A DNA stretch of 64,000 nucleotides from an uncultured bacterium. Lineage in GTDB: Bacteria > Desulfobacterota_D > UBA1144 > Nemesobacterales > UBA2774. The stretch spans positions 32,001 through 96,000 of the forward strand of contig CAWGRW010000009.1 of NCBI GenBank assembly GCA_963825135.1. The letters are read 5' to 3'. Position numbers and translations under genes: made by a program. The notes under the pieces are model-generated. The model saw only the letters and a list, made by a program, of their open reading frames with translations. It ran no database searches and was not told where the DNA came from. Below are positions 60,763 through 64,000 of this stretch, piece after piece; position 1 is the first letter of the stretch; the number at the start of each line of letters is the position of its first letter.

Positions 60763-62002
60763 TCACCCCGGCAACACATCATCCGCGGTCTCGCCCTTTC
60801 TTATTATCCTCGCCTTGCCTTCTTCTATAATTACTATCGGCGGGCGGGGGAATATGAACGCGGTCGATTGCGGGATGTTGTAGGCGCCGACGTTTTTTAC
60901 CACGAGCCTGTCGCCGGCTTTTAATTCGGGGAGCTCACATTTTCCGATTATGTCCGTCTGAAGACAGAGCGGCCCGTAAACCGTCGCCTCTCGCAAACCC
61001 CCTCCCCTTTCGTCAACGCACTCAACATCCTGAAACCTCCAGAAAGAAGTGGGAAGGATGTTTATGCCGCTATCGACGACTACGGCCCTGACCCCGCCCG
61101 CAAGCTCCTTCACGGCGACGACAGTAGTGACCAGGTGCACGGCGTCGCTTACGATCGCCCTCCCCGGCTCTAGTATCAGGAGCGGCGGGTCCTCTTTCCC
61201 GAATCCCTCCAATATAGGCCCGGTCACGGCTTCGACGTAGGGCGCGATCGAGCCGACCGTCGGGAACCCGCCTCCCATGTCGATGTACTTCATCACGGAC
61301 GCCGAACCGCTCCCTCATCTCGATCGAGAAGCGCGTCATCTCTTCTGCAGCCTTACGGTACGCGCGCGGGTCTTTCGGCCATATGAGTCTCACGTGCCTA
61401 GCCGGCATGCCCCCTTCCCCGTGGGGCTCGACTATGTAGCTCGTCAGGTGGACGTGTAGCCCGGCGATCCTGATCAGCTTATTCCGTGAAGCGCTCTCCA
61501 CGGCGCGCTCCGCCTCCCCCGATTCGATATTGAAGCCGAACCTGTCGGGCATCTGGTCTATGCCCGTCTCCATGCTCACTCTTAAGCCTATATCGACAGG
61601 GCCGCCATCTTCACGGGCGATCTCTTCGAGAAGTTCTATTTCCACCATATGGTCGGCGTTTATAAGGGCGCCTTCTTTTACGGACTTCCTCAGCTCTTCC
61701 TTCTTCTTATACGGCCCGTTCAAAACGATAGAGCTCCCGGGCACGCCCATCCTCCGCGCGATCTCGTATTCGAATCCCGAGGCGGCCTCCGCCCATAGGC
61801 CCTCGCAGTGTATGATCCCGAGTATGGCGGGGACGGAGTTTACCTTGTACGAGTATGCGGTTTCGATATGGGGATAGACGGAAGAAAACGCGGCCGTGAA
61901 CGCCCGGCAGTTATTGATTATCACCGAAGCCGAAGCGATGAAAATGGGCGAGCCGAATTCGCTTGCCAGATCGTCGATCGAAACACCGTCTATTTTATTC
62001 AT
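60763..62002 (-). CDS. diaminopimelate decarboxylase-like PLP enzyme (fold III); frameshift near 61298
   Basis: YSYKVN, EAASGFE, RFG, GLHVH, DMGGG, EPGR, GPLC..D, GAY. Confidence 0.85.
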
Positions 62003-62008
62003 CGCGTA

Positions 62009-62953
62009 TCAGGCAAACGTCATGAATTTCGATAAATATTTGAGACCCGAATCGGGGAGTATAACGACTATGCGCTCGCCCCTCCCGCGTGTGCGCGCAT
62101 ACTCTATCGCGCCCGCCATCACCGCGCCGCTCGAATCGCCCGCGAGTATGCCTTCTGACTTCACGAGGGCTTCAACCATTTTTAACGCCTCGTCCTCGTA
62201 AACCTGAATCACGTCGTCGATGTAATTGAAGTCGATAACGCCCGGAATGAAGTTCTTCCCTATGCCCTCTATGCTGAACTCCCCACCCTCGACCAGCACG
62301 CGCTTTTCGAGATAGTCCTTGAACACCGAGCCTCGCGGCTCGACGCCGATGATCCTCACGCCCCTGTTCATTTCCTTCAGATACCTGCCTATGCCCGTAA
62401 TCGTCCCCCCGGTCCCTATGCCGCAGACGACGGCGTCCACTTTCCCTTCCGTGTCCCTCCATATCTCCGGGCCCGTGGTCTTGTAATGGGCTTCGGGGTT
62501 GAGCGTGTTGAAATACTGGTTCACGTAGAACCCGCCCCTCTCGCGCGCTATCTTTTGAGCCACCTTGTAGCAGCTCCTCTCGTCGGAGGGCGGCAGCCCC
62601 CTCGGCGTAAGCACGACCTCCGCCCCGAAGAGCTTTATCGCGAGTATCTTCTCCTTGCTTATCGTCTCGGGCAGGGTGAATATGCACCTGTAACCCCTCA
62701 CCGCGCCCACGAGCGCGAACGCGACGCCCATGTTGCCCGACGTGGCCTCGACGATGAGGTCGCCCGGCTTTATGAGCCCCCTCGCCTCCGCGTCGTCGAT
62801 TATGTATTTCGCCACCCTGTCCTTGAAGCTCCCGCTCGGGTTATAGAACTCGAGCTTCGCGTAAACTTCGCTTCCGAGACCGCGGGCGAGCTTGTTCACC
62901 CGGACGAGCGGCGTGTTGCCGATGAGGCTTAAGACGTCCTCTGTTACGTTCAT
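62009..62953 (-). CDS. cysteine synthase / cystathionine beta-synthase family PLP enzyme (fold II)
   Basis: IGNTPLV, KLE..NP.GS.KDR, EATSGN, GIGTGGT, IEGIG. Confidence 0.9.
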   Translation of the reverse strand: MNVTEDVLSLIGNTPLVRVNKLARGLGSEVYAKLEFYNPSGSFKDRVAKYIIDDAEARGLIKPGDLIVEATSGNMGVAFALVGAVRGYRCIFTLPETISKEKILAIKLFGAEVVLTPRGLPPSDERSCYKVAQKIARERGGFYVNQYFNTLNPEAHYKTTGPEIWRDTEGKVDAVVCGIGTGGTITGIGRYLKEMNRGVRIIGVEPRGSVFKDYLEKRVLVEGGEFSIEGIGKNFIPGVIDFNYIDDVIQVYEDEALKMVEALVKSEGILAGDSSGAVMAGAIEYARTRGRGERIVVILPDSGLKYLSKFMTFA

Positions 62954-64000
62954 CCTTTCCCCTTTATCCTCCGCACTATGTCGCGCGCGCGGTCGTTATT
63001 CCTGCTCTCGAAAAACTTTACGACTGCCTCCCTGTACATGCCCGACCGCGCCTCGGCAATCGCCTTCGGCAGAGAGTCCCCGAGGTGCTCGAACGCCCAC
63101 GTGTCGGGCCTCGATATGTTGAGCCTTATGTAGCCGGTCGCCCCCACGTCGCCCAGCCCGTCGCCCGGATAAACGGCGACCCTCCGCTTGAAGAGCGCGA
63201 CGGTCAGCTCCTGCGCCGTGACCCCCGCGCCCGAGACGTCCAGCACCATCGAGAAACCGTAGTCGGGCCCGACCGGGATAGACACGCCGGGGTTCCCGGC
63301 GGCTATCTTTTTTACGAGTCCGTAATTGCGCCTGATTATGGCTTCCGACTCTCTGGCGTACGCCGTGTCTTTTATCGCCGCAAGCGCGCCGTGCTGAGCG
63401 ATGAGGTTCGTGTTTATACGCGTTAGCGCGACCTTCGACACGAGGCATGCCCTCATCACTTCCGGGTGTCCGGCGAGAAACCCTATCCTCACCCCGGCCA
63501 TGCCGTACCCGTGCGAGACGCTGAACGTCGAGACGACGTTGTCAGTATTCGTCTCCCCGTAAAGGGAGCTCATCGGGATGTGCAGGGAATCGGGGTTCAC
63601 CCTGTGCGTGCCGTGCGTGATGTCGTTTATTATCACTATCCCTTTAGCGCGCGCGGTCTCGATGAGCGCCAGGAGCTCTTCCTTCTTCTGCACCGTGCCG
63701 AAAGGGTTCAAGGGATCGCAGACGATCACCGCCTTCGTCCGCGCCGTGATTTGTTTCTCCACTTCATCAGGCATCATCCTGTAGCCGTTTCCGGGCCCTA
63801 GCGGAATCCTCACGGGCACGCCGCCCGCCATGAGTATCGACGAGGTGAAGTGAAAGTATCCGGGGTCGGTGATTATCACCTCGTCGCCGGGATTGATAAA
63901 AGTCTCGAGTGTGTAGGATATCGCGGCCTGGCTTCCCTCGACCCCTATCACCTCGAAAGAGCCCCCTCTCGGCCGTCCGAACTTTATTCCCGCGGCGGCT
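62950..64000 (-). CDS. class I/II aminotransferase-like PLP protein (5' end outside window); His replaces the Schiff-base Lys
   Basis: GSQ.A, PGDEVI..DP.Y, P.NP.G, ND..H, FSVSHGYGMAG.RIG, V.PG, YIRL. Confidence 0.85.
   Translation of the reverse strand, partial: AAAGIKFGRPRGGSFEVIGVEGSQAAISYTLETFINPGDEVIITDPGYFHFTSSILMAGGVPVRIPLGPGNGYRMMPDEVEKQITARTKAVIVCDPLNPFGTVQKKEELLALIETARAKGIVIINDITHGTHRVNPDSLHIPMSSLYGETNTDNVVSTFSVSHGYGMAGVRIGFLAGHPEVMRACLVSKVALTRINTNLIAQHGALAAIKDTAYARESEAIIRRNYGLVKKIAAGNPGVSIPVGPDYGFSMVLDVSGAGVTAQELTVALFKRRVAVYPGDGLGDVGATGYIRLNISRPDTWAFEHLGDSLPKAIAEARSGMYREAVVKFFESRNNDRARDIVRRIKGKG

Overview
Bacterial, mostly GC-rich chromosomal window. The IPTL-CTERM protein, the sigma54 circuitry and the gene style suggest a Desulfobacterota/Ca. 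Dadabacteria-like MAG; this is inference only. It holds about 55 genes: a pentameric ligand-gated ion channel; the circularly permuted ATP-grasp / alpha-E / Anbu / transglutaminase cluster with a sigma54 promoter upstream; a GAF-PAS sigma54 activator with two duplicated target promoters; a 1002-aa TPR protein; feoAB; an ECF sigma/anti-sigma module; an RHH gene plus a fused HicA-HicB ORF; tRNA-Ser(GCT) and tRNA-Arg(ACG) bracketing an AT-rich papain-protease islet; a cellobiose-dehydrogenase-like GMC oxidoreductase; and the end of a three-gene PLP-enzyme cluster whose aminotransferase-like member has His instead of the Schiff-base Lys. The most striking feature is non-coding. A ~200-bp structured repeat (long imperfect hairpin plus small hairpin, with compensatory base changes) occurs in 8 full or near-full copies, embedded in ordered mosaics of other palindromic REP-like modules, with no transposase in the window. 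About ten genes carry apparent small indels, probably long-read errors, which limits conclusions about fusions and pseudogenes.
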